Shown here piece by piece: positions 1 to 14,318 of a DNA stretch of 64,000 nucleotides. Position 1 is the stretch's first letter. Each line of letters opens with the position of its first letter. The notes under the pieces are model-generated. The model saw only the letters and a list, made by a program, of their open reading frames with translations, had not been told where the DNA came from and made no database searches. Made by a program: the position numbers and the translations under genes. The DNA is taken from the NCBI RefSeq assembly GCF_009914755.1, contig NC_060930.1, one strand, 5' to 3'. Source of the stretch: the human T2T-CHM13v2.0 reference genome, Homo sapiens.

Positions 1-286
1 AAGGAAAGAGGCCTGTATAGACCCACCTGCTTACTTCACAGACCCATTAGCCATCTCATAAGCATTGCACATTCAACATGCCCAAATCTCGGAACACTCC
101 ACCTCTTAAATAATGCTCCTCTTCCAGGTTGTGGTCCAGCTGCTCAAGCCAGAAGTCAGCAGTCAGCCTGTCCACTGAATCCCAGTGGGTATTTTTACCT
201 CCTAGATATCTTCATGTCTACATCCTTTTGTCTTCCTTGGCCACCACCTTAGTCCAAGCCACCCTCATCTTAGCTGCAGTGTTTGA

Positions 287-607
<321 letters not shown>

Positions 608-965
608 TGCCTTTCCCTTTTAAACTGTTCTTCACTTTGCAGCCACAGTCTTTGTAAAATCACAAGTCAGATCAGTAGCTTCTTACTATCCTTAGGATAA
701 AGTTAAAAAATTCATTGTGCCTTAAAAAGATCACCATAATCTGGCCCTCCATCCCCTCTAGAATTAGCTCTTACCACTCCATCCTCCTCTGACCCTGCCA
801 ATCTGGATTTTTCTGTTTCTCAGTTTACCAGATGCCTCCTTTCTTCCAAGCTTTGCACCACGCCTGGAACAGATCTTGGCTCATGGCAGTCTCAGTAAAT
901 ACTGGTTGAATGAATCAGTGAGCCTTAACATTGTATCTTACTGCTGCCCATTACTTGGTGAGTTA

Positions 966-1479
966 TGTTGGGGCAGCAATCCTCTCCAGGGGGCACCAGC
1001 TGCAGAGAGTCTGTCCCTTGCAGACCCCTGACCCAGCAACGGATGAATAAAAGTACACTGACACACAGATACTCTGCTTTGCCAGTCCAGCTGTGTGGGA
1101 GCCGCTTACAGACTCCCTGCTGAGTCGTGTAAACAGTTGCGACTCCACTCGCATTTATTCAGTAAGATTAATTAACAAAAGCTTGAGTCAACACCATTAG
1201 AGGGTAATTGACATTGTGGACTTCCCCAGTAAAAAGCACTTAAGCACCTGGTACATCAAAGGTTAGTCTTAAGATTATATGAGTAAACAAGCTAGGTAGG
1301 TAAACTACGCTGCCTTTCTTTATTACTATTTTAATTTGTTTAACTAAAGGTAAAGGGATCAGGCCGCCTTCAGCCAGATAAATTACCGAAGTTACACAAA
1401 CTTCTCAGTTTTCCAAGATTTGTGTCTATTTCTATAACTATCTCTAATATTTTTCCACCAGCCTGATTGAACCCCAGCA
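966..1479 (-). mobile_element. Solo ERVK-class LTR, LTR22-like (HML-5)
   Basis: TG...CA termini. The minus strand starts tgctggggttcaatcaggctggtggaaaaatatt, resembling the recalled LTR22 start; ttatg occurs at both ends. Confidence 0.7.
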
Positions 1480-1692
1480 TTATGTAATTTCCAAGGATCA
1501 GATAACTTAAACTTATTTGCCATTTATATTATCTCTTGGTTTCTTTAGCCACTGGCAATCGTAACATAATTTCTTTTAAAAAAATTAATAATAAATCACT
1601 TTTAGAAATAGAATACAGTTTGATTACAGCATAGTTTATGTAAGGGACAACAACAGGAAGTAAGACTAGAAAAGTGTCTTAGGACCAAATGT

Positions 1693-2048
1693 GTCTTAGT
1701 CTGTTTGGGCTGCTATAAGAAAATACCTTAGACTGGGTGATTTATAAATAATACAAATTTAATTCTCACAGTTTTGGAGGCTGGGAAGTCCAAGATCCAG
1801 GCACTGATAGATTCAGCGTCTGGTCCGCTCCATAGATGGCGCCTTGTGCCTGTGTCCTCACATGGTAGAATGAGTAAAAGCAGGGAGGCGCCTCCCTTTA
1901 ATCTCTTTTATAAGGGCACTAATCCCATCGTGAGGGTGGAGGCCTTATGACTTAATCACTTCCCAAAGGCCCCACCTAATACCACCACCATGGGAACTAG
2001 ATTGCAACAAGAATTTCGGAGGGACACACATTCAGACCATACATAGCA
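1693..2048 (-). mobile_element. MaLR solo LTR (MLT1A/MST-like)
   Basis: tgtcttagtctgtttgggctgctataa...ttcagaccat..agca, typical MaLR LTR ends. Confidence 0.8.
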
Positions 2049-2168
2049 CTGACCAAGATGTTAAACTTCATTTGGCCTTTTGTTTTGTATTTTTATTTTA
2101 TGAGCAAGGGAGAGGTGAGACAGGGCTTTGGGGAGACTAAACTGACGTCAGTGTTATTATCTCAGTAA

Positions 2169-2601
<433 letters not shown>

Positions 2602-2888
2602 AAAAGCAGACCATTTTAGTTACTGTTGCAGCCACATCTCTAAGTGTGGAAGGCGTTTGGGGATGAGGGACTAGAACTGAGGCAAGAGATTGGGGTGGAG
2701 ATAGAGATTTGGAGTCATCCACATGGAGGCCATAGTTGGAGAAATGAAATGGATTTAATGTCAAAGGAATGAATAGAACGAGGGGAAATGAGGAAAGGGC
2801 CAAGCATAGAACTTTGGGTAGTGGAGTGATAGCCTTCATTTAACAAGCAGCAGAAGGAAGGAGATGGAAGAGGAATGTCATAGAGAGC

Positions 2889-3666
2889 TGTTACCAGGGG
2901 TCCTTGCTCCCAGAGCTCCCAAGATGGTGGTGGGCTGCTTCCAGAATGGCGGCGGGCCACTTCCAAGATGGTGGCAAGCCTCGTGTTCTCTGACCTGGGG
3001 TTCTTGGCCTCACGGATTCCAAGGAATGGAATCTTGGGCCATGCAGTGGGTGTTATAGCTCTATTAGAAGTCGTGGGTCACGGAAGAGAACCGTGGAACC
3101 CAGTGACTAGTGTTCAGCTCGATTAGGGTGAACACAGTCACTTAGCCGTGCAGGAACAATGGCAAGCCTTTAGCCTGATCGGGAGCGGCAATGGGCACCT
3201 CGCTGGATCAGGAACACAGCAGACACCCTGCCAGATTCGGAGGGATGGGAGTCAGCGGCGGGTCTGCGACGGCGGCAAACAGCAGTGGTGGACAGCGAGC
3301 GAAAGCTCAGCTTGAGCCTTAACAAACATGGACCAGAAGAGTGCAGTTGCAAGATTTAATAGAGTGAAATAGAGTGAAAACAGAGCTCCCATACAAAGAG
3401 GGGACCCAAAGGGGGTTGCCGTTGCCGGCTTGAATGCCTGGGTTTATATCCCGATCCTTGTCCCTCCTGCTGTGCTCTCAGGCAAGAGATGATTGGCTAT
3501 TTCTTTACCTCCTGTTTTTGCCTAATTAGCATTTTAATGAGCTCTCTAATTGGTTGGGTGTGAGCTAAGTTGCAAGCCCTCTGTTTAAAGGTGGATGCGG
3601 TCACCTTCCAAGCTAGGCTTAGGGATTCTTAGTCGGCCTAGGAAATCCAGCTAGTCCTGTCTCTCA
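2889..3666 (-). mobile_element. Full-length solo LTR17 (HERV-W)
   Basis: The minus strand begins TGAGAGACAGGACTAGCTGGATTTCCTAGGCCGACTAAGAATCCCTAAGCC and ends GGTAACA; 778 nt; 4-bp TSD gagc/gaac. Confidence 0.92.
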
Positions 3667-6513
3667 GAACCATTAAAGGAAATATGTCAAACAAGAGAAC
3701 AACAGTTGAAAGTAGACATGAAACATTGGATTTGGAGGTTTTAAGGTCAAAAATGGTCTCACTAGAATGGTGATGGAAGTCACATGGTAAAAGATTTTTC
3801 GTTCATTCAGTCATCTTTATTGAGCCATCTGTATGCCAAGCATTGTTCTAGGTGCTGGAGATACAGCTGTGACAGCCAAGATAAAGAATTGGCGACTAAG
3901 CAGCTAGTGAAGAAGTTGAGGCAGCACATGTAAACTACTGTTTTGACTGGGTTTGAGGGGAAGGCAGAGAGAGGATGGTAACTTGAAATGGAGAGGCATG
4001 ACTGTGTTCATATACAATTAATAAGTCTTTGGGGAAAAAAGAAGAAATAAGCAAGAAAAAGTACAGCAAGGGACAAGAGCCCAGTGCAAGTTGGAAGATG
4101 TGGGTTTGAGGGCAGTAGGGAGGTTTAATCTGGAAGAGACAGAAAGGAAGGAGAGATTGTAGAAAGAGACAAAGGATTTTTAAGTACAGGAGGGAGCCAA
4201 AGCACACACACACTACAGGACAATGCCTGTCTTCTCAATAAGCTAAAAAGGCAGGATGAAAAGCACAAGGAAGATTCGGCAGGAGTGCCATGGAGTGCCA
4301 TCCACTTGCCATTCCGGATAATAAAGTGAGAGTCAGTGATGTCCATGCCTTCACTGTAATCCTAGAGTCAGTAGTACCGATTGCCTAAAATTAGGAACTG
4401 GAAAGGTGAGTGTAGTAGCAGGGCCAAGGAGTCGAAGGAATCTAGGAAACTGCTAAGGATACTATGGAATTGGGCAGCCATGGCATCAGTGGTTAGATAC
4501 TTCATGACCTGAGGCTAGGAAGTGTAAAGTCATAAAAAGACATGTTCAAGAGGAGGTGATACAAACAAAATGGGAAGTTGTGGTTGGATAGGGACTTTAA
4601 ATTTCTGTTTTGGAAGTGAAGTCATTCTGCGTTAACCCAGGAAAGAGCTGAAGTAGAACAGAGTTAAGGCCATATGTATGAGGCCAGGGCATTGGCAAAA
4701 CAAACATAAATATTAGAGTTCCTGTGGATTTGGGATTGAAGGAAGGAGAGATTACCTTGATTCTGTTTGTGTCCCCACTGCCAGTTCATTGCCTAGAACG
4801 TAGTAGGTACTTAGTAAATCTTTCTTCAGTGGGTTTATGGATGGACTGGTGTCAACATAGGCTTTCTTTCATCTTTCTGTTGATTGTTTGAACCTGTAGG
4901 CTGTGTCACATTTATAATCAATCTGATGCTGGCTTTTTATAAGGCTTTTATGATTAGAATATTTGTGAATTCAAGTGCTGAAACACACTCAGCATTGTCC
5001 CCACTTCATCTGACTTAGGGCCCCCTTCCTGCTGGCATTGTGTTCCTTCTACAGGGAATGTCCTTCCCGCCGTTTTAGCTCAGGAATTGGATCCTCCTCA
5101 GTGCCAGCTCAGTCACGTTTTCTTTTAAAGCTGCCTAGTGGATTGAGGCTCCCCTTCTCTGTAAACCCTCGGGGTGTTTAACACCTCTGGCATGTATTAC
5201 ACTTTTCTGTCTACTTGTCTTATTTTCCTGAAGACAGAGGCTTCCTTTTTCTGACCAGTGCCTAGACTGTAGTAAAGGTTTTATGGCCTTAACCATTGCA
5301 GAAGTTCTCATCAGCCATCACATGAAAGTAACATGGATCCTGAATTTAAACTATTTGAGCTCAGGAATAAGAGAAAAGGCCCTGACTGATCTTCCTTTGA
5401 AGAAAGATATCCCTACAGTACCTCAGCATTTCAATAAATTATTGATTCTTTTTTTCATTGAGGGTCCATTTCAACCATTGAAAAAATCGCCTCAATAATA
5501 GAAAGTTAAATAATGATGCCATTAAAAATCAAGTACAATATTAATTATATTTAGCACCAGTTTAACTCTTGTCTAATGATTCGAAAATCACATGTGATCT
5601 ATGCTGTGCTATTCAAGGAGTCCAAAGGCAGGGACATTTTTATAGCAGGAAGGAAGTTAGGCGATTTATTGGACTGCTTATAAAAAGAACTAAATGCAAT
5701 TTAGATTGGATAATGTATTTCCAAGTTAATTAGATTGTAGGGTATTGCGTACAAAACCATTGCCTGGGACGAACTTGCAGCAGCAGCAGCAGCTTTAAAA
5801 TTGATTCTCCTGATTTACTTGTAACAGCAATGCTTGTGGCTGGAGCTCTTCTAAGGAAATATGCTCTGATTTATTTTCCTTTCTGTCCTACATGTTGTAA
5901 TGTAAAATTCTGTAATTTATCTCATTAGCTGTTATCTGTGACTCTCTATATATTCTTGCATATCTGAAAATATAACAGGTTTTCAGAGTTAGCACTACTG
6001 ACTGAAGTTTGTAGGCTTCAATAATTTAGGCCCAGGTTTTTGTTTTGTTTTATGGTCTTCTGGCATTGAAGGCCAGTGGAGAGGTCACCCTATATTCTGT
6101 AAGGTTCAGTTGTTGATGTGATACTGGGTAAAAAATTAAGAGAAGAGAAGGTGGAAAAAGATGGGTATGGGAATTTAAAAATCAAATAAGAGATTGCATG
6201 TGTGATTGTGGACTTCTGTACTCTTGGAGGCGAATCCTATAGCAAAAATAGACTTGCATTCTTTCACTTAGGATTAACTCTGCCTGTTCTGCTGAAGTTG
6301 CCCCTGTTGTGCTTTTCCCATTTTTTCTTGTAAGTAGATGAGAAAGTCCTTCATGGGTCTTGTCTGCTTACAAAATACAAGGATGGTTGTGTTCTTTTAA
6401 AACTAAAATTTGGTTGACCGAACGCTGAACTAGCTTTTATTACTACAATTTAGTTGGTGGCCAAATCATTATAACTTTGTATTCAAAATTGTCTGTGGCT
6501 CCAACCAACGTAG

Positions 6514-7250
<737 letters not shown>

Positions 7251-7707
7251 TAGGGAGAGCTACAGAAAGAACAAACAAAGGGTGGAGAGGGAGGCTGGAG
7301 AGCCTCCGACTGTCCCAGGAATCTGCCTCCTCGGTGGCCGGGTAGCCAGTCCTCAGCCCAAGGCCTCCCTCAGTCATCCAGAAACCCTGTGCTGGCACTG
7401 CCTGGTTTTCCCTGTCCAGGACCAGTATAGTTGGTTTTTGTTCCTCCTACATTTTCAGAAGACTCTATCCAACTCACTGCTATATACAAAAATAGTAATA
7501 TAGTGAGGAAGCTTTCAATTCCAATTAAATAGATTTCTCCTCTCAGCCAGGCCTCTGCTCAAACCACCTCCAGGGCAGCCTCCCTGCTCCCTCTCTTCAA
7601 AAAGACCCCCTTGCTGTTGCTCTGGCTCTCGCTCAACACTGTTTTTTACTTCACGGAATTTCACTACCTCACGTTATCAGGTAGTTCCTGTCACAGATAC
7701 TGAGATA

Positions 7708-7931
7708 CAGGTTGAGTACTCCTTATCTGAAATGCTTAGGACCAGAATTGTTGTGGATTTCAGATTTCTTTTTAATTTCAGAATATTTGCATTGTATCAG
7801 GTGAGCATCCCAAATCTGAAAATTCGAAATACTCCAATGAATATTTCCTTTGAGCATCTTGTTGGCACTCCAAAAGTCAGATTTTGGAGCATTTTGGGTT
7901 TCAGATTTTCAGATTAAGGATACTTCACCTG
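7708..7931. mobile_element. Tigger4/MER46-like DNA transposon MITE
   Basis: Terminal inverted repeats caggttgagta.../...tacttcacctg with TA target-site duplications. Confidence 0.8.
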
Positions 7932-10452
7932 TATTTATTCTCTCCCTGCCACGCCAGGATGTAAGCTCTACAAGGGCAGAGAATGTATTTGATTCATTGT
8001 CAGTCCCCTTATAACTAGCATGGATCTGTCCATTTGTATACATTTAGCAAATATTTATCTAATGACTAACAGCTCAGTAGATAAAAAAATGATTGGCTGG
8101 ACGCATGGCATGTCTTGTGTACTAGCAGGAGGAGAGGTGGCAGAGTAAGGAACGGGCACCAGGCCTTGATTGCCACACTCCCTGGTGGGAGGTGAGGCAG
8201 GGCTGGCCCGCATCTTTTCCTTTCCGGGGCTCAGCCTCAGCATTGAGGGGGAGAAGCCAGAGGAGAAGCCTGCCCCTCCATGGGCCACTCGCCTCCAGCA
8301 CTGTGGCCTAGAGTTTGTCCTTTCCAGCTGAGCAGTGGTTCTCCCTGTTCCACCAGACCCACACTCCCTGAAATGCAGCTCAGTTTCTTGCACTTTTGCC
8401 TCAGATTTAGACGTGTAAAATATGTGAACCTCCCTATGCAAATTAAGATTTGAATGTCATCTGCTTCACAGTTCTAGCCATCAGTTCTAAAAATAGTCGT
8501 TTTATGGGATTTGAGAAAGAGATTAAGACCGCAAACTTACAATTGAGTTTTTCCCTAGCAGACAGCAGCTGTTCAAACACAACGTGAATCTGGGAGCTTT
8601 GAAGAGCTGTGCTGTTCTGCTGCGGCTCAGCCTAGTAGGCGGAGGTTCTTAGGGAGGAGGTACCTTCAGCATGGGTGAGGTCTGTGGGCCTGCAGACAGT
8701 GTGTTCATGTTCTGCCATCACCCATGAACCTAGAGGACAGAGTGATGGAAATTGATGACTGTGAGGTGGCAAAATCAGGACTAGCGTTAGTGAACGCCCC
8801 GCCCCGTGTCTGTGGCCACATGCAGTTAGCGCCATTTGACTCTTGTTCTTGCCAAAACTACAGAACATTTGTAGCGAGGGCTTTATAGGCTGGAATACCA
8901 GTAAACAGCCAGGGAAAAATTAACACCAGCAGAAATGTGACTTTTAAAAAGTAAGATGACCTGTTAGGGACTTTCTGTGGACTTACAGGGGTCCTGAGAA
9001 GTCATACCCTGCTGCCTCACTTCTGACCAAACAGTCATCACAGTCATTCATTTCCCCAGGTCAGTGATGACTCAGAATCTTCAGACAAGAGGGGCAGTTC
9101 TTGTTATCTGTCACTCCTTCCCCGTTTTTCTAGCACAGCCTTAAAATTATTATGGCAAAGGTACCAGCGTTTATTTTGCTGCTTTATCATCTTACATGGA
9201 CTATATGCTACACAAACTAAATTAAATTAAATCAATGTGTCCGTGCCCTGCCCTCTCCCAGAGTAAGTTTTCACTTACTTGGGCAAGTAAATGAGTGCTG
9301 CACCCTAATTAATTTAATGTAAATTCCTGTGTTGGTGTTCTTGTCCCATTCTTAGAAGAGGGGATTTCCTGGTAACGTTGCCCTAGATAATAATTATTCC
9401 TTTGAGACCCTGCAGACCTCACTTCTCCAGGCTAAATAATTTCAGCCCTTTTTCTCCCAGGTTCTAATGTTCCATCCTTTAATCTTTCGCGTCTTCTCAC
9501 TCCTGCTTGGCTGAGAATTCCAAGTCGTCCGAGCGAATGCGCTACCTGGTTTGGAGTCACACCATCCTCCCTCGCCTTCGAGATGTGCCAGCGACTGTGT
9601 TCCGTGTTCATCCAACCATGCTACCTGCCTAATTACCTGTGGGCTCTCTTCTGCTGTGATGAACCCCGCAGATCATTTATTTATATGCTGTGTAAACAGC
9701 CTGTTTCTCTTCCTATTTGCCTTTTCTATAGACATGTTTGGTTTGTTTCTGAGTAAAGCAGCTTTGACCAAATGGACTAAGGGGCCATCTGGGGCTCACG
9801 ATTTTGTATGTGATGGACAAATGGTTAAATTTTTCAGTGGAGTATTACGCATTCTTTAGGCTGTGGTATCAATATGTTGGCACTTCAGAGAGTCAGCACC
9901 ATGTAGTAAGATAAGGACCAGCAGTGGAGCTGGGGAGGGATGAGAATCACAGCTCTTCCACCATTTATTACTATAACAAGGTACCTAGCCTGCCTTAGCC
10001 TCTCTAACCTCATATGTTAGATGAGAATAATGTTATTCATGTGGGAGAGTAGAACGGATGCAGTGAATTCAGGTATGTGAGCATTTGATGTGCTTGCTGT
10101 TGGAATGTAGTTTTGCAGACAAGGTTGTTTTTGTCAGGATGGGTGGTAATTATATATATAAAGGTAACAAAGCTGATTTTCATCTAGTTGAAGGTCTGTG
10201 TGAGTGGTTTAAGTTCTTGGTACAAAGATATAAGAGACACATACTTATGATAATTTTATATAAAATATATCATCAACTGTTATACAGAGATAGTTACTAT
10301 GAAAAGCAGAACTAGGAGGGAGGAGGACAGAGGATAAATACAGAGTGTCTGCCTTTCAGATAGCTGGACTAAAGAGGAATGGGAAATTAGAGGGAAGAAG
10401 TGTCTGATGTTTCTGCAGCCAGTCAGGTTGTGCTCATTGAAAACTGTTTTTC

Positions 10453-11290
10453 CAAACAACCTCATTAAAAAGTGGGCAAAGGACATGAACAAATACTTTT
10501 CAAAAGAAGACATACATGCAGCCAACAAGCATATGAAAAATGCTCAACATCATGAACCATTAGAGAAATGCAAATCAAAACCACAGTGAGATACTATCTC
10601 ACACCAGTCAGAATGGCCATTATTAAAAAATCAAAGAATAATAGATGTCGGCATGGTTGCAGAGAAAAGGAAACGCTTCTACACTGCTAGTGGGAGTGTA
10701 AATTAGTTCGGCCATTGTAGAAAACAGTGTGGCAATTCCTCAAAGAATTGAGAACTAACGTTCGACCCAGCAATCCCATTACTGGGTATATACCCAAAGG
10801 AATATTTGTTCTATCATAAAGACCCATGCATGCATATGTTCATTGCAGCACTATTCACAATAGCAAAGATATGGAATCAACCTAAATGCCCATCAGCAGT
10901 AGACTGGATAAAGAAAATGTGATACATAAACACCATGGAATACTATGCAGCCATAAAAAAGAACAAGATCATGTCCTTTACAGGAACATGGATAGAGTTG
11001 GAGGCCACTATCCTTAGCAAACTAACGTAGGAACAAAAAAACCAAATACCATATATTCTCACTTCTAAGCCGGACCTGAATAACAAGAACACATGGATAC
11101 AGGAAGGGGAACAACTTGAGGGTGGAGAGTGGGAGGAGGGAGGAGGGAGAAGATCAGAAAAAATGCCTGTCGGGTACTATGCTTATTATCCAGGTGACAA
11201 AATTACCTGTACACCAAATCCCTGTGACACAGTTTACCTATATAACCTGCTTGTGTACCCCTGAACCTAAAAGTTAGAAACAAAAATAAA
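10453..11290 (+). mobile_element. 5'-truncated old primate L1 (ORF2 end plus 3' UTR)
   Basis: KKWAKDMN..FSKED ORF2 motif, L1 3' UTR and A-rich tail. TSD aaaactgttttt/aaaaccattttt is consistent with CpG decay. Confidence 0.88.
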
Positions 11291-12449
11291 ACCATTTTTT
11301 GGGGGACTTGAGCTCTAAGTTATGAATATTGTCTTAGGGGGCTCAGAGGTAAAGGGACAGCAGCGTATCTTTAAGATCAAGCATGATTTTGTTACTAATA
11401 GAGCCTCTGTCCTAACCTGTACTTTTGGGGGTTGACGATACCAGAGTAATTTTTCTGTGCATTTTCTGTGTGTTGGTTTGCCCTGTCTTCAGCAGTGATT
11501 ATGTATTTCTGTAAGTTAATAGGTCCCTTTGTGTGGGGCCTGCCCCCTGTGTGGAATCATCTCATATGGAGACATGTCCTGGAAGTGTCCCAGAAGCCCC
11601 TAGACTTGAGTTTTCCAGACTCCTTGGCCAACAAACACGGCCCTCCCCTGGGGACTGTGGCCATCACCCCACCCTGCAACTGCCTGGCCTCCTGTGGTAG
11701 AAAGGGAAGATGAATGATCATCAGCGCTCCATCTGTCTGGATCGGAATGAACAAATCTCTTGCTGCTTCTCCGTCACGACCCTTCACCTTTCTTTCTCCC
11801 TTGGCTAGATGGCACCCCTGAGCTTTGGATTTTTTTTTATTATAAGAATTTTCTAACTTGCATATTTGCATTTTGGCCTGCATTCTCAAAGATAATGATG
11901 GCCATGACCCTAGCGAGGCTACCACAGGAACCGTGTTCTCCTCAATCGCCTTTCCAGGGAGCTTTCTTTCCCTGCACCGTCAGTGCCAAGGGAGGCTGAA
12001 AATGCAGTGACTGTGGGTTATATACTGTGATGGCCCCAGAAGGGCTGTGACTCCATCACCTCCTGTAATCCTCACAGGGTCCCCACTCATGAGAAAAGGG
12101 GGAGGCTTCTAGGGGTTATGGATAGTCCCCAGGTCACACAGCTGGTAAGACCAAGTCCATTGTTGATCTGACTCTGGACGGAAGGGAAGGGCCATCTGGT
12201 CTACCTCATCACCACCTCCCCAAGCCATGGGAACCACCCTTGGGTAATTTGGGAATCTAGAAAAACAGCCCTTCAGTAAGGAATGTGAGTTACTGCACCA
12301 CAAGGTGATTGCCCCTACTAGTAGAAACCTTACTACCCAGAGCTCAGTTGGGTTTCATGACCCCAAATTAAATGAAATATAATACAGGTAAACAAACTTT
12401 ATAAAATTATTCCAATGCTTTAATGCTCTGGCCTGGGGACCTAATTACT

Positions 12450-12590
12450 TTTATTTTATTTTGTTTTATTTTTAAGATGAGAATCTCGCTGTATTGCCCA
12501 GGCTGGTCTTTCAGCCTGGCCTCATGCAATCTTCCCACCTTGGCCTTCTAAAATGCTGAGATGACAGCCTTATGCCACCATGCCCAGCCC
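12450..12590 (-). mobile_element. Alu monomer (FLAM-like)
   Basis: T-rich tail and a single-arm Alu body. Confidence 0.7.
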
Positions 12591-12777
12591 TCTAGCCAAT
12601 TTTCAATAAACATACTGAATTTTCGTAATATAGTGTCTAACATTCTCTACTGTGCTTTTAAAACCAGTATTCTCAAAACAGCTTATTTTATTTTGCTCGA
12701 GACAAGTGTGCATTATCCCTTTTTGCTTCCCACAAGAGCAAAAGCTTAAGCATTGTCTTCCCTTCACTTCCTGCCAG

Positions 12778-13002
12778 CGCCCCATCATCTCCATCTGCTG
12801 GGGTCACCGGGATTCGAGGCTGTTGATGGCATCAGGACCAGCCCTGTACGTGGTGCGTGTGGAGCACCGGGTGTCCAGCCTGCAGCTGCTGTGCCAGCAG
12901 GCCATCGCCAGCACCTTGCGTGAGGACAAGGACGTCAGCAAGCTGACTCTGCCCCCCCGCCTCTGCTCCTACCTCTCCACTGCCTTCATCCCCACCATCA
13001 AG
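12778..13002 (+). CDS. TULP4: TULP4 coding exon (probably exon 7): end of WD40 region plus SOCS box
   Basis: Polypyrimidine tract with ccag|CGC acceptor and AAG|gtaaag donor; 225 nt, phase 0-0. Encodes RPIISICWGHRDSRLLMASGPALYVVRVEHRVSSLQLLCQQAI...LPPRLCSYL...PTIK, with a BC-box (SLQLLC) and an LPxxL cullin-box-like motif. Confidence 0.95.
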
Positions 13003-14083
13003 GTAAAGCCCTCCACCCCTCCCTCTTCCTCCTCCCTCACCTGTGCTGGCTCCCCACAGAGCCAGGGCAGAGACAGGTGAGGGTACCAGAGTGAGCACAT
13101 GGGGCCATGTGCAGCTGTGCAGGATCCTGTCATGTGCTGCCAGGTCTGCAGTCTGTCGAAGCATCATGGTCCATGTCCATGAGAGATTTGCCCTGTGTGG
13201 TGGCTGTTATCTTTCTCATGGCAAAGCTGGTATTCCTGGACTTCTGTGTCCCTCTGATGATCAAAGGAGTGACCATTATTCAGCATTTCCTATATACTAA
13301 GCATTGCACCAGTTAATTTTTAGAAATCTGTCTTGTTCAGTCCTGACTTCCTGACAGATGCCATTATTCGCATTTAAGGAAGCAGGAAACAAGTTAGGAG
13401 AAGTTAAGTAACTTGCTCCCTAGCTGGTTAGGGGGACAGTCAGGATTAGACCCACCCCAGTTCTAGGGCCTGCTCTCAGCACTGCTGAGGAGGGCCACTC
13501 CAGCCAGCACTCAGCGTCAGCCACCTTTTATACCAGTGGGAACTCTAGAAGGTAGCATGTAGAATGCATCTGCCAGTTGCTGTTCAAGTGTGGGTCCCCC
13601 TAACCTTGGGTTTTCCCAAGTGGTTCTCTTTTATATTCTGTCTCTCTTCTTCTGAGTAGCAGACCCATTTGTTGGTTACTTTTTTCCTGAAACATCAAAG
13701 TTTTAGAATCTGTTGGGTTGTTTTTTTTTTTCCTAAGTTGCCTTACACTATTGATTCTACACGAGCAGATCTCAACACCGGTGTATTATATAGCATTGGA
13801 AAATACAGGTGCCCAAGGCTGCCCCTGTGGATCCTGATTTCATTGTCTGATGTGGGATCCTGGTTTAGATATGCTTCGAAAGCTTGCAGGAGATTCTCAC
13901 ATGCTCCTACCATTGCAAACCACTGTTCTACACCACATAGTTACCCTCTTCCCCAGGCCCCCAGCCTGTGCTCTGTCTGGAACAGTAGCGTTTTTAGTTG
14001 ACCTGCCCCCGTGCCCACTCTCTTTCCCTCTCTCTCTGCCTCTCTGGAGTCCCAGCTCTTCATTTTCTTCCTGTATCCTCCAG

Positions 14084-14318
14084 CCCCCAATTCCAGATCC
14101 GAACAACATGAGAGACTTTGTCAGCTACCCATCAGCCGGCAACGAGCGGCTGCACTGCACCATGAAGCGCACAGAGGACGACCCGGAGGTGGGCGGCCCG
14201 TGCTACACGCTCTACCTGGAGTACCTGGGCGGGCTTGTGCCCATCCTCAAAGGGCGGCGCATCAGCAAGCTGCGGCCAGAGTTCGTCATCATGGACCCGC
14301 GGACAGATAGCAAACCAG
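14084..14318 (+). CDS. TULP4: TULP4 coding exon (probably exon 8)
   Basis: tcctccag|CCC acceptor, CCAG|gtgggc donor; 235 nt, phase 0-1. Encodes PPIPDPNNMRDFVSYPSAGNERLHCTMKR...EFVIMDPRTDSKP. Confidence 0.95.
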
